Shown: positions 17,312 to 25,374 of the stretch, piece by piece
Layout of the letters: each line of letters opens with the position of its first letter
How positions within the stretch are numbered: position 1 is the stretch's first letter
Origin: Acaryochloris marina MBIC11017
Lineage (GTDB): Bacteria > Cyanobacteriota > Cyanobacteriia > Thermosynechococcales > Thermosynechococcaceae
DNA length: 32,000 nucleotides
Direction: 5' to 3'
Assembly (NCBI RefSeq): GCF_000018105.1
Contig: NC_009925.1
Span: forward strand, 2,700,001 to 2,732,000
The notes under the pieces: model-generated
Seen by the model: the letters and a program-made list of their open reading frames with translations, nothing else
The model's database searches: none
Told to the model about the DNA's origin: nothing
Position numbers and translations under genes: made by a program

Positions 17312-18871
17312 ATGATGCCAACCCCTTGGGAAACATTAGTCGCCCATGCCTTAATCGGTACCGATCGCCAAACACCACAGATACCAACGGGGGAAGGACA
17401 ACTCGAAGCACTACTCAGCCAAGTGCCGACAGAAGCAGAATCCCTACTCTTACACGCTGCAGGGATTGTGGCCAGCTATCAACAGGCCGGACAAGGTGCG
17501 TTCTCTCAGGAAGGACCACTACCCACTTGCTGCCCAGAAGAAACCTTATTCCCCTGCAGTGACCGTACCCATCAACATCTACAAACCATTCTCAATGGTG
17601 AATACAAAGACGCTTTATGTGAACTCTTAGATCTAATAGCCCAAGCGCACCAATATATTCCCTTTGAAACATTACCCGCCCTCCTAGATCAAGGCCGTGG
17701 GCAAACCTCGTTACGATCTCATATCCAAGCCGTCATCGGCGAACGGGGACGCTGGTTAGCACAACATAATCCAGTGTGGGCGTATGCTGCTGGTCAAACT
17801 TTGCCTTATACACAGGCTGGGGAAATCGACCAAGAGGCTGTGGAAAACTTGTGGAAAACTTCTAATTACGCCCTCCGAGTCGATCTGTTGAAAACTTTCA
17901 GAAGTCTTAAGCCTCAAGCTGCTCGAGAGATGTTAAGTACCACATGGAAGCAAGAAAAGGCCAAAGATCGAGCAACGTTTCTTGCCATACTCAAAACGCA
18001 TCTTAGTTTAGAAGATGAACTCTTTCTAGAGGCAGCTTTACACGATCGCGCCCAGGATGTCCGAACAGGTGCTCGTGATCTGCTGGCCCACTTACCCCAG
18101 TCACAATATTGTCAGCGTATGGCTGCCCAGATACAAACCTATGTTCAGTTCGAGAACAATACCCTCTCTATTACCCTCCCTCAAGATGATGGCTCCTGGA
18201 AACATGAGCGTTCTTACTCCCAATCCAGTCAGTTAGGACGGCGAGGGAGTCTGCTGATGCAAATCGTAGCAGCTGTTCCCTTAAAGGTTTGGCCAGAGGA
18301 TGTAGATGGTCTGATCCAAACCGCCCAGACCCACCAACAGGGTGCTGCTCTATTACAGGGATGGACCATCGCAGCCCAGAGACAAGCCAATCCAGCATGG
18401 ATCCAACGAATGATGGGCTATTGGCTCAGCAATCTTGCCGAGCAGCAAACCGATGACTCCATTGATTTTCTGATTAAACGATTGCCCGCTGAACAGATTG
18501 AGCCGCTATTTCTACAATGTCTAGCCGAATCTAGCTCTCCTGCGGAAAAAGCCCAAAAATGTATCAGATTGGCCCAGTGGGGGGCATTCCTCAGTCCCCA
18601 TTTCAGTCAGGTTTGGTGGGAAACCCTTAAACCCGGCCTCAGCCCATTACTGGCACACACTTCAATTGCTTCACAGACACGATTACAGTTTGCAACGTTG
18701 CGATCGCTGTTCGATACCGGGTCTCTCAATCTGCATCCCATCATTGCCGATGATGTCATTACTTACCTTAACCACTTGAATAGCGAGGCATTCTCGACCT
18801 ATCAACAAAACAGCTTGATGCTATGGCGAAGTACCTTCGAATTCCGCAAAGCTATCTGGTCAGAATTTTAA
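17312..18871 (+). CDS. helical-repeat protein resembling DUF5691 (usual partner of this SWIM family)
   Basis: 519-aa ORF starting 6 nt after the SWIM stop codon. AGGAG overlaps that stop. HEAT-like segments are present (LHDRAQDVRTGARDLLAHLP). The family assignment comes from memory of gene context and overall character, not from a search. Confidence 0.6.
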   Translation: MMPTPWETLVAHALIGTDRQTPQIPTGEGQLEALLSQVPTEAESLLLHAAGIVASYQQAGQGAFSQEGPLPTCCPEETLFPCSDRTHQHLQTILNGEYKDALCELLDLIAQAHQYIPFETLPALLDQGRGQTSLRSHIQAVIGERGRWLAQHNPVWAYAAGQTLPYTQAGEIDQEAVENLWKTSNYALRVDLLKTFRSLKPQAAREMLSTTWKQEKAKDRATFLAILKTHLSLEDELFLEAALHDRAQDVRTGARDLLAHLPQSQYCQRMAAQIQTYVQFENNTLSITLPQDDGSWKHERSYSQSSQLGRRGSLLMQIVAAVPLKVWPEDVDGLIQTAQTHQQGAALLQGWTIAAQRQANPAWIQRMMGYWLSNLAEQQTDDSIDFLIKRLPAEQIEPLFLQCLAESSSPAEKAQKCIRLAQWGAFLSPHFSQVWWETLKPGLSPLLAHTSIASQTRLQFATLRSLFDTGSLNLHPIIADDVITYLNHLNSEAFSTYQQNSLMLWRSTFEFRKAIWSEF

Positions 18872-19670
18872 AATCGCTTAGTATCTAGATCCGTTCAGGC
18901 TCAGTACTTTTTACATTAACTCTATAAAAACCTGTAGACTACAACCCTTAATCTACATTTATAGCTACGCTTAAGCCTCGCTCCACCAAGACTCACACAA
19001 AGCCAAGAAACTACGGCATGGCTTAACAAATAGAGATTATGGGAGACTGACAGTCAATCCAACCATAATTTTCTTAAAAAATCCCAAATCAAGTTTTTGA
19101 GATTGCTAAATTGGAAGCTAAATCAGCCGTCAGAACAGCTCAAATTTATCTCTTTTCACAAGAAAACAGCAGTTATTGTTATTTGTAAAATATTTGACTT
19201 TACACTAAAAAACCATTCTGGATTCCTCAAAATAAATTAATAATTAGTATCTATTTTGATGCTATAAAAGAGTAAATCTTACATCAAAGAATACTAATTT
19301 TCTTTGAAAGCACTCAATAATAGAGAAGCATTTCACTCCATGAAGATTTGGCACTCTACCCAAATCCATAGAGATGGTTTCAGCTGTTTATAAAGTTTGG
19401 GGGAGGGGCAAAAAGATATCAACTGTCTAGGGAATGCTTTTTAATGCCATCGTTTCACAGACTAGCTGATAGCACTAAAAATATTACGTAATAACACGCA
19501 AGCACCCTGATATTTAGATAGCTAGAATAATTGCTAGTGAGGGAAAATCATTAACCGAACTCAAGGTTAATGTTCGGAGTGCTGGGGAAATTTTCGATTA
19601 TCCTTTGTTACTGACCAGTGATTGTTAGCCGTTTGTTCATGTTTCGATAGCTTATCTCTCTCTACAACCT

Positions 19671-21143
19671 ATGCTGGCTAAGCCTCAAACCATTCTGCCT
19701 TCTCCACAACTTGCAATTAATCCCCGTGGGTTTGAGTTGTGGTATCAACCGGTGTATGACGTTTCTTCAGGGAACGTTCTTCAAAATGAAGTGCTTTTAC
19801 GATGGCGGGATACCCAAGGGCTGATCCATCGGCCGAAAGAGTTTATGCCAGTGGTTCAAAATGCGGATGCTGAGCCATGGTTAGATCGCTATGTGACGGG
19901 ACAGGCCATTGCCCAATTAAAGCAACACGCTCACCTTAAGCTTTCTATTAATTTATCAAAGCGCATTGTCGAAGATCGCTTTATCGCCGAAGATATTTAC
20001 GATCTGCTGGTCAACCACAGCGTTCAACCGCACCAACTGCACTTTGAAGTATCAGAAGCGAGTCTGGCCAAAAATTTCCAGGATTCAGTTGCTTTAATCC
20101 GAGATCTAAAAGAACTCGGATGCTCCGTCACCTTAGACAATTTTGCTAATCAACATCTCACCTTTCTGCAGTGGGAAAAGCTAGGGGTTGATGCCGTTAA
20201 AATCGACCCGTCTTTGATTCGCGACCTGAGACAAGATTCGCCCCAAACGCGATTGGCCAAAGCCATCATAGAAACCAGTACCGCCTTGGCACAACCTGCG
20301 ATCGCAACTTCCGTAGACGCTTACGCCACCTCTCGTCACTTAGTGAATCTAAGCTTTAAGTCCGCCCAGGGATATCACTTCAAGCCTCCTAGCGATCACC
20401 CTTGGCTCACAAACACAGTTGATATTTTAGGGGTTCCCATTGATAACGTGACCCAAGACGAGTTGCTCCAGGAACTGAAATCGGGCATCGTTTTTACTCC
20501 CAATGTTGACCATCTCATGAACCTGAAGCAGGATGAAGAGTTTCGAGCTGCTTACAACATCGCCGACTACAAAATTTGCGATAGCCAGATTCTTTACTTT
20601 TCCTCCCATTTCCTTGGCTCACCGATCAAAGAAAAGATTTCAGGATCAGATTTATTTCCCGCCTTTTACACCTATCACAAAGATAATCCAGACATCACCA
20701 TTTTCCTGTTAGGTGCTGCGCCAGGCGTAGCCGCTCAAGCGCAACAAAACATCAATGCCCATGTGGGTCGTGATATCGTCGTTGGTTCTTACTCTCCCTC
20801 CTATGGTTTTGAAAACAACCCCGAGGAATGTGCAGAGATTATCGAACGGATTCATCACTCTGGAGCAACGGTTCTCGCCATTGGAGTCGGATCGCCCAAG
20901 CAAGAGCGATGGATTTATCGGTATCGTCAACAGCTAGCAGAGTCTGTAAATATTATTTTTGCCATAGGCGGCACTTTAGATTTTGAGGCTGGTACTCAAA
21001 AACGGGCTCCAAAGCTCATCAGCACCATGGGCGTTGAGTGGCTCTTTCGCCTGATGGGTGAACCGAAACGCCTCTGGAAACGTTATTTAATTAACGACCT
21101 GCCATTCTTGAAATTAATGCTGCATCAAAAATTTGATCGCTAA
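19671..21143 (+). CDS. fusion protein: degenerate EAL domain plus WecB/TagA/CpsF (GT26) glycosyltransferase domain
   Basis: 490 aa. EAL landmarks: WYQPVYD, NEVLLRW, SINLS, HFEVSE, TLDNFA, KIDPSLI, ATSVD, AQGYHF. The C-terminal half has GT26 landmarks: GVPIDNVTQDELL, TPNVDHLM, FLLGAAPGVA, GVGSPKQERW, GGTLDFEAG. Confidence 0.85.
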   Translation: MLAKPQTILPSPQLAINPRGFELWYQPVYDVSSGNVLQNEVLLRWRDTQGLIHRPKEFMPVVQNADAEPWLDRYVTGQAIAQLKQHAHLKLSINLSKRIVEDRFIAEDIYDLLVNHSVQPHQLHFEVSEASLAKNFQDSVALIRDLKELGCSVTLDNFANQHLTFLQWEKLGVDAVKIDPSLIRDLRQDSPQTRLAKAIIETSTALAQPAIATSVDAYATSRHLVNLSFKSAQGYHFKPPSDHPWLTNTVDILGVPIDNVTQDELLQELKSGIVFTPNVDHLMNLKQDEEFRAAYNIADYKICDSQILYFSSHFLGSPIKEKISGSDLFPAFYTYHKDNPDITIFLLGAAPGVAAQAQQNINAHVGRDIVVGSYSPSYGFENNPEECAEIIERIHHSGATVLAIGVGSPKQERWIYRYRQQLAESVNIIFAIGGTLDFEAGTQKRAPKLISTMGVEWLFRLMGEPKRLWKRYLINDLPFLKLMLHQKFDR

Positions 21144-21268
21144 TGCGTCCTACAAGCTGCTTCTAACAGCGATTTAATCTATAACTCCCATTCTTACCGC
21201 TGAGTGAGCAGTGGGTTGTCTTGTACGGCTGCACAAGCCATGATGAAAGCAGTTGTTATGCAGCCCCT

Positions 21269-21688
21269 ATGGATACAGAACACCAACGCTTAACTCTACA
21301 AATTTTGATCGGTTCAGCCTGGGTAGACCATACGCTCAGTGAACCCGAAGTGACCTATCTCAAACAGGTACTGGATCGCTACCATCTAACGCAGGATAAC
21401 GAGTTGAAGGCCCTTCTCCAGGAGCCGGTTCCCGCTCAACAAACTGAACGCTGGATCGTTGAGTTTTTAAGGCAAACCAACCAAGAAGAACGACTGAAAC
21501 TCTTGGCAGCCATCGGTAACTTATTAATTGCCGATGATGTGGTGTCAGAGATAGAGCATGACTTACTTGATGAGTATCATGCCCTGATGGCTCAGATTCC
21601 CGATGACCCACATCACATTAGCAATTTAGTTAGGAATATCGGATCTTACGTTAACAAAGCCTTGCAAACCCTCGCCAACTTGCCTTAA
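21269..21688 (+). CDS. TerB-like (tellurite-resistance TerB / DjlA N-domain-like) protein
   Basis: About 139 aa from the ATG at 21269 (the track ORF starts at TTG 21221). The helical pattern LIGSAWVDHTLSEPEVTYLKQVL ... LLAAIGNLLIADDVVSEIEHDLLDEY is typical of TerB-fold proteins. Confidence 0.55.
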   Translation: MDTEHQRLTLQILIGSAWVDHTLSEPEVTYLKQVLDRYHLTQDNELKALLQEPVPAQQTERWIVEFLRQTNQEERLKLLAAIGNLLIADDVVSEIEHDLLDEYHALMAQIPDDPHHISNLVRNIGSYVNKALQTLANLP

Positions 21689-22638
21689 GGAACTGAGGCA
21701 AAGACCTGGTCGCGCAGCTGCTTAGACACCATATAAGGCTTCGGATCGACTGGCTTCTCACTACGATAAATTGAGTAATGCAAATGAGTCCCTGTCGATC
21801 GCCCCGTACTTCCCATAAAGCCCAGCAGCTGTCCTCGCTTAACGGACGTATTGGGTTTAACCGTTAGCTTAGAAAGATGGGCATACAGGGTTTGGTATCC
21901 ATAACCATGCTGAATCACCACATGATACCCATAGCCACCCGAATAACCCGCTCGCTCAATCTTGCCGCTGGCTGTTGCATAAATGGGAGACCCATAATCT
22001 CCCAATAAATCTATGCCGTCATGGATTTCAGCACGCCCCCCAAAAGGACCGGAGCGTAAACCAAAATCAGACGAAATAGGACTATGACCTTTCGTCGGCT
22101 TACCCTGAGGCAAAGCCGCATTACGGGCTTCTTCCGCTTGTAGCGTCTTTTCTAGGGCTGGTTGAACCTGCTGCTTAAGGCGAGAAGTCAACGCAGGCAA
22201 GCGGGTTTTGGCAAATTTCAGCTGCTGTTCCGTATCCAAAACCACAGGAACTCCACCTTTACCACCCTTAAGCTTGATTTGTTGGCGCTCTACTTGAGAT
22301 AACCCAGTTCGCTGACGGAGTTTTTTGACTTCTTCATCTAAGACTTCTAGCTTGACTTGCTGGCGCTCTGCTTTGGATAATCCAGCTCGCTGACGAAGTT
22401 TTTCGACTTCTCCGTCTAACACTTCTAGCTCTTCTAACACTTCAGCAGCTGATTCTGATAGCTGATCATGCCTTTGCTGCAATGCGTAAAAAGTTTTACC
22501 AGCCCAGACTGCAGGAACAGCAGCCATTGATAAGCCCAAAATGATGAGGATAGGACTAACCGAGAATTTGACGGAACGTTGTCCTGTTAGAGTAATCAAG
22601 ATCCGAAAGCGTTTCGGGATCGGAAGGAGAGAACGCAT
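21685..22638 (-). CDS. M23 (LytM) family metallopeptidase with N-terminal TM segment and coiled-coil repeats
   Basis: Catalytic motifs HDGIDL (HxxxD) and GTHLHYSIY (HxH). ATG at 22638 (the track ORF starts at TTG 22653). Its stop codon overlaps the convergent TerB-like stop within TTAA at 21685-21688. Confidence 0.9.
   Translation of the reverse strand: MRSLLPIPKRFRILITLTGQRSVKFSVSPILIILGLSMAAVPAVWAGKTFYALQQRHDQLSESAAEVLEELEVLDGEVEKLRQRAGLSKAERQQVKLEVLDEEVKKLRQRTGLSQVERQQIKLKGGKGGVPVVLDTEQQLKFAKTRLPALTSRLKQQVQPALEKTLQAEEARNAALPQGKPTKGHSPISSDFGLRSGPFGGRAEIHDGIDLLGDYGSPIYATASGKIERAGYSGGYGYHVVIQHGYGYQTLYAHLSKLTVKPNTSVKRGQLLGFMGSTGRSTGTHLHYSIYRSEKPVDPKPYMVSKQLRDQVFASVP
22271..22426. repeat. 78-bp tandem duplication (2 units) inside the M23 peptidase gene
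   Basis: Units 22271-22348 and 22349-22426 differ at about 12 of 78 positions. They encode VLDGEVEKLRQRAGLSKAERQQVKLE and VLDEEVKKLRQRTGLSQVERQQIKLK. Confidence 0.85.
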
Positions 22639-23023
22639 AAAGGCCCAACACAAAGGATTCGTGAAGAATCATATCAAATTATGAGGTCAATATTAAATAT
22701 TTCTTAAAAAACAAGGCGAATACTAAACTTGGGGGTGCAAAAAATTTGATTTGCAGACCACCCCGTTGAACGTATCGATCGGGTTGGTCCCAATTTCAGC
22801 CCATACTATCGCTGCTTGCCAAAATTCTCTCTAGGCAAATATTCTTACATGCTTCTGCTTCCATAGAAAAGGGCCAGTTGTGAATGGGTATGATGAGAAT
22901 AGGGAGAATGCAACATCTATACCCTAAACCTATCACCCTGATTCAATTCCCTTATCCACAGTAAGTAGTGGATTGATATATCCTAAGAACAGCTTTGCAT
23001 AGCTCAATACATTTTTTAGACTT

Positions 23024-23146
23024 ATGGATCTCAAAACCATCCTCGTTGGATTAACACCCATTTTTATCGTTCTGTGCCTATTTTTTGGGACCAAAAATGG
23101 GTTCTATGATTCTGATGATTATCATGGCAATGGCTCTGCCCATTAG
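23024..23146 (+). CDS. possible 40-aa single-pass membrane protein (below the ORF-track cutoff)
   Basis: ATG...TAG encodes MDLKTILVGLTPIFIVLCLFFGTKNGFYDSDDYHGNGSAH. It has a hydrophobic helix and an acidic tail. No obvious SD. It lies 32 nt upstream of the next gene on the same strand. Confidence 0.35.
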   Translation: MDLKTILVGLTPIFIVLCLFFGTKNGFYDSDDYHGNGSAH

Positions 23147-23177
23147 TCTTCACTGATCCCTGTCCCTAGTTTCACGA

Positions 23178-23612
23178 ATGACTAAAAAGCCCCCCAAGGA
23201 AACAGCAGTGACCACTGCCCATCCTCAAGAGTCTGCATTACAAAAAACAGTGAAGGCGTTGGGTTTAGCAAAAATCCAGCGTCATATTTTTATCTGTGCC
23301 GATCAAACAGTGGATAAATGTTGTGATAAGGCAGCCAGTATAGAAGCTTGGACTTACCTAAAAAAGCGATTGAAGGAGCTAGGCTTAGACCAACCAACGG
23401 ATAGCTGCGTTTTCCGCACTAAAGCCAACTGTTTGCGTGTCTGTCAGCAAGGTCCAATTATCGTTATTTATCCGGATGGCGTTTGGTATCATTCCGCTAC
23501 GCCACCCGTGATTGAAAGGATTATCCAAGAACATTTACTGAAGAACCAAATCGTTTCAGAATTTCTGTTCCTTCAGCATCCTTTACCTGAACACCTGGTC
23601 AAGACTGAATAG
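23178..23612 (+). CDS. thioredoxin-like [2Fe-2S] ferredoxin domain protein
   Basis: 144 aa. Cys clusters IFICADQTVDKCC and NCLRVCQQGP, followed by IVIYPDGVWY, typical of the thioredoxin-like ferredoxin fold. Confidence 0.75.
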   Translation: MTKKPPKETAVTTAHPQESALQKTVKALGLAKIQRHIFICADQTVDKCCDKAASIEAWTYLKKRLKELGLDQPTDSCVFRTKANCLRVCQQGPIIVIYPDGVWYHSATPPVIERIIQEHLLKNQIVSEFLFLQHPLPEHLVKTE

Positions 23613-23616
23613 CACT

Positions 23617-24369
23617 TTATTCACTTTGAGTGGTAGACGTAGGAGAAGGTTGAGGCTCTTGTTGGCTCACCCAATACCATCCTCCCAGTCCAGCCAAGAT
23701 AATGAGCACAATGGGCACACTCAACATCCATAGCCGCGGTTGTTGACGAACAATCAAGGTTTGTTTTTGTCGCCCATCATCAGCTTTCTTTGAGCTAGAA
23801 CCCGCTACCGTGGACTCTGGCATAGTATCTAGGGCGGCAGGGCCTGAATTTGCCTGGGAAAGGATAGCAGCAGGGTCTCGGGCAAGACGGGTTTTGGCCG
23901 TCGGCGATGCAGCCAATTCTGCTTCAGCAGCAACCACTGTTGCTTTAGGATTCACGGCATCAGATTTGAGGCTCTGAAAATCCGTGGATTCCAAATACCG
24001 GATAAATTCTGCTTCCCCCATCGACACCACCAGGTAGGACGCTTTAATCTTTCGTCCCAAGCCAAGGCGATCGCCATCAGCGAGTTCTTGAGAACTACAC
24101 CGCTTGTCATTGACGAAGACACCATTAGCACTGCGGTTGCCTTCAGAGTCTCCATCAATAAGTCGATAACGATAGGTGCTTTTTCCAGGAGTCGGCAAGC
24201 GCAGAAGAATGGCATGCTTACGAGAAATCGTGGGAGAATCCAGCACGATAGCGTTAGACTCATCTCGCCCAATAGAATAGGCTGCTGAGTCAAGGGCAAT
24301 CGCACGACGTTTACCATCGTTAATAACCAGAACGTGCCGTTCAGAAGAATCGTTTTTAGGGTCGTGCAT
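23617..24369 (-). CDS. FHA domain protein with low-complexity linker and C-terminal TM helix
   Basis: 250 aa. FHA core YSIGRDESNAIVLDSPTISRKHAILL...NGVFVNDKR. C-terminal helix WMLSVPIVLIILAGLGGWYWV. Confidence 0.85.
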   Translation of the reverse strand: MHDPKNDSSERHVLVINDGKRRAIALDSAAYSIGRDESNAIVLDSPTISRKHAILLRLPTPGKSTYRYRLIDGDSEGNRSANGVFVNDKRCSSQELADGDRLGLGRKIKASYLVVSMGEAEFIRYLESTDFQSLKSDAVNPKATVVAAEAELAASPTAKTRLARDPAAILSQANSGPAALDTMPESTVAGSSSKKADDGRQKQTLIVRQQPRLWMLSVPIVLIILAGLGGWYWVSQQEPQPSPTSTTQSE

Positions 24370-24513
24370 GTTAGGGAAATTCCTGAGGAAACCGTAAAAT
24401 CAGCCTACATAAGACATCAACGCTAACTTCCCTCATCTAGAAGGGCTGGACAGCCATCTCACTAGAGTCATCGCAACAACAGTCAGCAGACGTTGTGCGG
24501 ATGAGGGTGCCAG

Positions 24514-24573
24514 GGTTAAAATCTTGCAGCAAGGAAGTTCCCTGACTCAGGAACCGCAAGTCAAGATTTTACC
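24514..24573 (+). other. 60-nt imperfect nested hairpin in the ferredoxin/FHA divergent intergenic region
   Basis: The outer arms TAAAATCTTG (24517-24526) and CAAGATTTTA (24562-24571) are perfect complements. An inner GTTCC...GGAAC pair is also present. It lies about 110 nt upstream of the ferredoxin ATG. Confidence 0.35.
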
Positions 24574-24684
24574 TGTTCTCAAAATTGAAGTTGTCTATAC
24601 CTAGGATTCCCAACCTCCACACCTTTTCAAGCGTCACCCCCTTGGTTTAGGGAAAGAATATGAAACAATAGAGGCTAATCCCTC

Positions 24685-25038
24685 ATGAGCCCATCAAAGG
24701 TTACAGTTGTTGATTCCATGTCACAGACTTATTCCGTAGAGATTCACCATCAAGACGCCGTCCATACGGTGAGCGTCCCTGAAGACACCACAATTTTACA
24801 AGCTGCTCAGGATGCTGGAGTTGATTTACCTAGCTCTTGCTGTGCGGGCGTATGTACGACTTGTGCCTCGTTAATCTTGGAAGGTGAAGTAGAACAAGAA
24901 GATGCGATGGGGTTAGGACCCGATTTATTGGACCAGGGATATGCACTATTGTGTGTCGCCTACCCCCGGTCAGATATCAAGCTTGAATCTGACAAAGAAG
25001 AGCTGGTATACAAATTACAATTTGGGCAATCTCAGTAA
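24685..25038 (+). CDS. plant-type [2Fe-2S] ferredoxin
   Basis: 117 aa. Cluster ligands SCCAGVCTTCA ... LLCVAYP. An alternative start is the ATG at 24718. Confidence 0.9.
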   Translation: MSPSKVTVVDSMSQTYSVEIHHQDAVHTVSVPEDTTILQAAQDAGVDLPSSCCAGVCTTCASLILEGEVEQEDAMGLGPDLLDQGYALLCVAYPRSDIKLESDKEELVYKLQFGQSQ

Positions 25039-25090
25039 CTGGGTCAACCCCATTGCCACTGTATTGCCGTCAACATTGGAGATAAACATC

Positions 25091-25279
25091 ATGACCACTC
25101 ATTTTATTGAGGCTGAAATTGAGCTAGATGCTTCAACTACAGAGTTGCAAGCTAATATCGAAGCCAAACTCCGGGAACAAGGTGAGCCTTTACGCTGGGC
25201 TGTTACGGATGTTCAGTCGGAGACGGCGACCGTTGAAGCAGTGGTGCTCAAGCCAGAGGAAACCGTCTTATCTCGCTAA
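25091..25279 (+). CDS. small acidic hypothetical protein (62 aa)
   Basis: ATG at 25091 is preceded by GGAGA 10 nt upstream. Sequence MTTHFIEAEIELDASTTELQANIEAKLREQGEPLRWAVTDVQSETATVEAVVLKPEETVLSR. The track lists it only as part of a longer overlapping ORF. Confidence 0.5.
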   Translation: MTTHFIEAEIELDASTTELQANIEAKLREQGEPLRWAVTDVQSETATVEAVVLKPEETVLSR

Positions 25280-25374
25280 CCGCTCGACCTTTTACCGTTG
25301 TCTTATTAATACCAACAGGCATTGGGGCAGCAATTGGTGGCTATGCAGGAGATGCAATTCCGGTCGTTCGGACC

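Noticed and set aside
17191-17562. 123-aa ORF spanning the SWIM/DUF5691-like junction.
   Set aside because: It is out of frame with both strongly supported genes. It is Pro/Arg/Thr-rich, which is typical of an overlapping-frame artefact.
18872-19670. CRISPR array, c-di-GMP riboswitch or tandem repeats in the AT-rich gap upstream of the EAL fusion gene.
   Set aside because: I could find no regularly spaced direct repeats and no segment resembling the GEMM consensus. Only short isolated hairpins are present. A covariance-model scan is still needed.
23952-24317. 121-aa alternative-frame ORF, plus the 24088-24288 plus-strand ORF, inside the FHA gene.
   Set aside because: The FHA frame has the canonical FHA core. 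The alternatives have no recognisable features.
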